Below, one piece after another: positions 62,426-64,000 of a DNA stretch of 64,000 nt; the first letter of the stretch is position 1; every line of letters begins with the position of its first letter. Source of the DNA: Acidimicrobiaceae bacterium (GTDB lineage Bacteria; Actinomycetota; Acidimicrobiia; Acidimicrobiales; Aldehydirespiratoraceae); the NCBI GenBank assembly GCA_028819005.1, contig JAPPMP010000015.1, positions 48,897-112,896 on the forward strand, in the 5' to 3' direction. The notes below the pieces were generated by a model that saw only the letters and a list, made by a program, of their open reading frames with translations, was not told the origin of the DNA and did not search any database. The translations under genes were made by a program, and so were the position numbers.

Positions 62426-63256
62426 ATGGGAGTTGAGATCTCTTTGCTGGGACGCACCGCCGCTGTTGTCGGGGGCGGCGGTGGAGGTATCGGCACGTCG
62501 GTTTGCGAGCGAATCGCGGCAGCGGGAGCTGACGTCATCGCGATCAGCGCGGTCCGAGAACATGTAGACGACACAGCTGTGCGCGTTGGCGCCCTGGGTG
62601 TGAAGGCATCGGCTCAAGTGGCGGATGTGAGTGACTTCGATGCGTTGACAACAGCCATCGACAAGGGGGCCGAAGCCCTCGGAGTCCCGGACCTTCTGGT
62701 GAATGTCGTCGGCGGGGTGACGCCGCAGTACTGGCACCGGTTGTCGGACTACCCCATCGAGACGTTCGACCACCTGCTCACCACCAACCTGCGCTACGCG
62801 TTCGTCAGCGCACAACATGTGGCGCGGAAGTTGATCGACGACGGTCGCCCGGGCGCATTCGTCAACATCTCCTCGATCGCCAGCGGCGGTCAGCCCCTCC
62901 TGGGGGCTTACGGCGCAGCCAAAGCCGGCCTGGATTCACTCACGCGCACCATGGCCATGGAATGGGGGCGTCACGGCATCCGGGTCAATGGCGTCGCGCC
63001 TGGAACGATCAACACCCCGCGATCGGGCCGCGACCCCGACGAGGTCGATCCGATGGCCGGCTCCATCACCCTGCAACGCCGAGGGCGGCCAGACGACATC
63101 GCCGACGTCGCCCTCTTCCTGCTCAGCGACCTCGCCGGCTATGTGACCGGTCAGACCATCGCCGTCGACGGCGGCCCGAGCCGGGCGGGCATCGACAGGC
63201 ACGATCTGCCCAGAGCCGTCACCAACCCGGCGATAAGGGCCAGGTTCGAGCAATAG
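62426..63256 (+). CDS. SDR-family oxidoreductase
   Basis: The sequence shows TAAVVGGGGGGIGTSV, YGAAKAGL (YxxxK) and IRVNGVAPG. ATG 62426 is chosen because the upstream ORF part overlaps the tRNA. Confidence 0.85.
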   Translation: MGVEISLLGRTAAVVGGGGGGIGTSVCERIAAAGADVIAISAVREHVDDTAVRVGALGVKASAQVADVSDFDALTTAIDKGAEALGVPDLLVNVVGGVTPQYWHRLSDYPIETFDHLLTTNLRYAFVSAQHVARKLIDDGRPGAFVNISSIASGGQPLLGAYGAAKAGLDSLTRTMAMEWGRHGIRVNGVAPGTINTPRSGRDPDEVDPMAGSITLQRRGRPDDIADVALFLLSDLAGYVTGQTIAVDGGPSRAGIDRHDLPRAVTNPAIRARFEQ

Positions 63257-63456
63257 GCCCGGATCGAGCAAGCCAGATCGCGAGAGTCAGTCCGCCGCCA
63301 GTGGCCTAAAGCACGCTGATGAGCCGTCCAATGAACGCTGCCATCTGCTCGCGTGCGGCAAAATATGCATTTGCGGGCCCAGAAGCCCTTCAATTCCCGA
63401 CCTAGTAGGTTAGGATTAGCTTTCCTGCCAATTCCACCGACCGAGGCGGTCAACCC

Positions 63457-64000
63457 ATGTCACTTCGAATCAACGACGAAGCGCCTGACTTCACAGCCGA
63501 CACCACCGAGGGAGCCATCTCCTTCCACGATTGGATCGGCGAAGGTTGGGCGCTGCTGTTCTCCCATCCCAAGGACTTCACACCGGTCTGCACCACCGAA
63601 CTCGGTGCAGTCGCAGGACTCAAGGACGACTTCGCGGCCCGCAACTGCAAGATCATCGGTATCAGCGTGGACGGAGTAAGCGACCATCAGGCCTGGAGCG
63701 GCGACATCGAATCGGCCACCGGGAATGCCCTCAACTATCCGCTGATCGGCGACCCGGAACTGGCGATCGTCAAGCTCTACGACATGTTGCCCGGAGACGC
63801 GGGCGACACGTCGGAGGGTCGTACCGCAGCCGACAACGCCACGGCCCGGTCGGTGTTCATCATCGGTCCTGACAAGAAGATCAAGGTCACCCTCACATAC
63901 CCGATGACCACCGGGCGCAACTTCGACGAGATTCTGCGCATCCTCGATTCATGTCAGCTCACCGCCAACGAGCAGGTGGCGACGCCGGCCAACTGGCGAC
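63457..64000 (+). CDS. 1-Cys peroxiredoxin (Prx6-type), 3' end outside the window
   Basis: The sequence reads MSLRINDEAPDFTADTTEGAISFHDWIGEGWALLFSHPKDFTPVCTTELG. The frame is open to the window end and is not in the ORF track because no stop is reached. Confidence 0.9.
   Translation, partial: MSLRINDEAPDFTADTTEGAISFHDWIGEGWALLFSHPKDFTPVCTTELGAVAGLKDDFAARNCKIIGISVDGVSDHQAWSGDIESATGNALNYPLIGDPELAIVKLYDMLPGDAGDTSEGRTAADNATARSVFIIGPDKKIKVTLTYPMTTGRNFDEILRILDSCQLTANEQVATPANWR

Overview
Visibly GC-rich, densely coding chromosomal segment with an Actinomycetota-type gene repertoire: DUF222-HNH/13E12-like element, VapBC, F420-type LLM oxidoreductase, HbhA-like protein and MIRU-like minisatellites. 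I support about 50 CDS, 3 tRNAs (Val-CAC, Val-GAC, Cys-GCA), 2-3 pseudogene remnants, several tandem-repeat loci and a few regulatory palindromes or hairpins. All family assignments are by-eye motif recognition; no searches were run. Main blocks, left to right: an accessory patch (degraded fragments, frameshifted HNH element, vapBC); a 2035-aa alpha-2-macroglobulin homologue lacking the thioester motif; two overlapping acyl-CoA dehydrogenases; an amidohydrolase-arylsulfatase pair; a gamma-butyrobetaine/carnitine operon (HIBADH-like, BBOX-like, BKACE, carnitine dehydrogenase-like); photolyase, VOC and EamA genes; gabD plus a 5-gene peptide-type ABC transporter; a TetR-controlled operon of fatty acyl-CoA reductase-HAD fusion, LarA-like protein and PlsC acyltransferase; an ECF sigma/anti-sigma pair; aconitase, citrate synthase and an aceK-SDR-P450 operon; and a rearranged tRNA neighbourhood (chorismate mutase, amt remnant, short trpC, orphan DNA methyltransferase islet between tRNA-Val and tRNA-Cys). 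Best hunting results: (1) a DsbA/FrnE-like oxidoreductase whose only reading-frame interruption is a TGA exactly at the first Cys of the CxxC motif, with a hairpin just downstream, making it a candidate selenoprotein; (2) the tightly coupled FAR-HAD / LarA-like / PlsC operon with a perfect 22-bp palindrome operator, a lipid-modifying gene combination I cannot assign to a described pathway; (3) a recurrent pattern of tandem duplications that copy gene 3' ends or gene junctions (103-bp, 74-bp, 64-bp-period and 15-bp units), reminiscent of mycobacterial MIRU loci.
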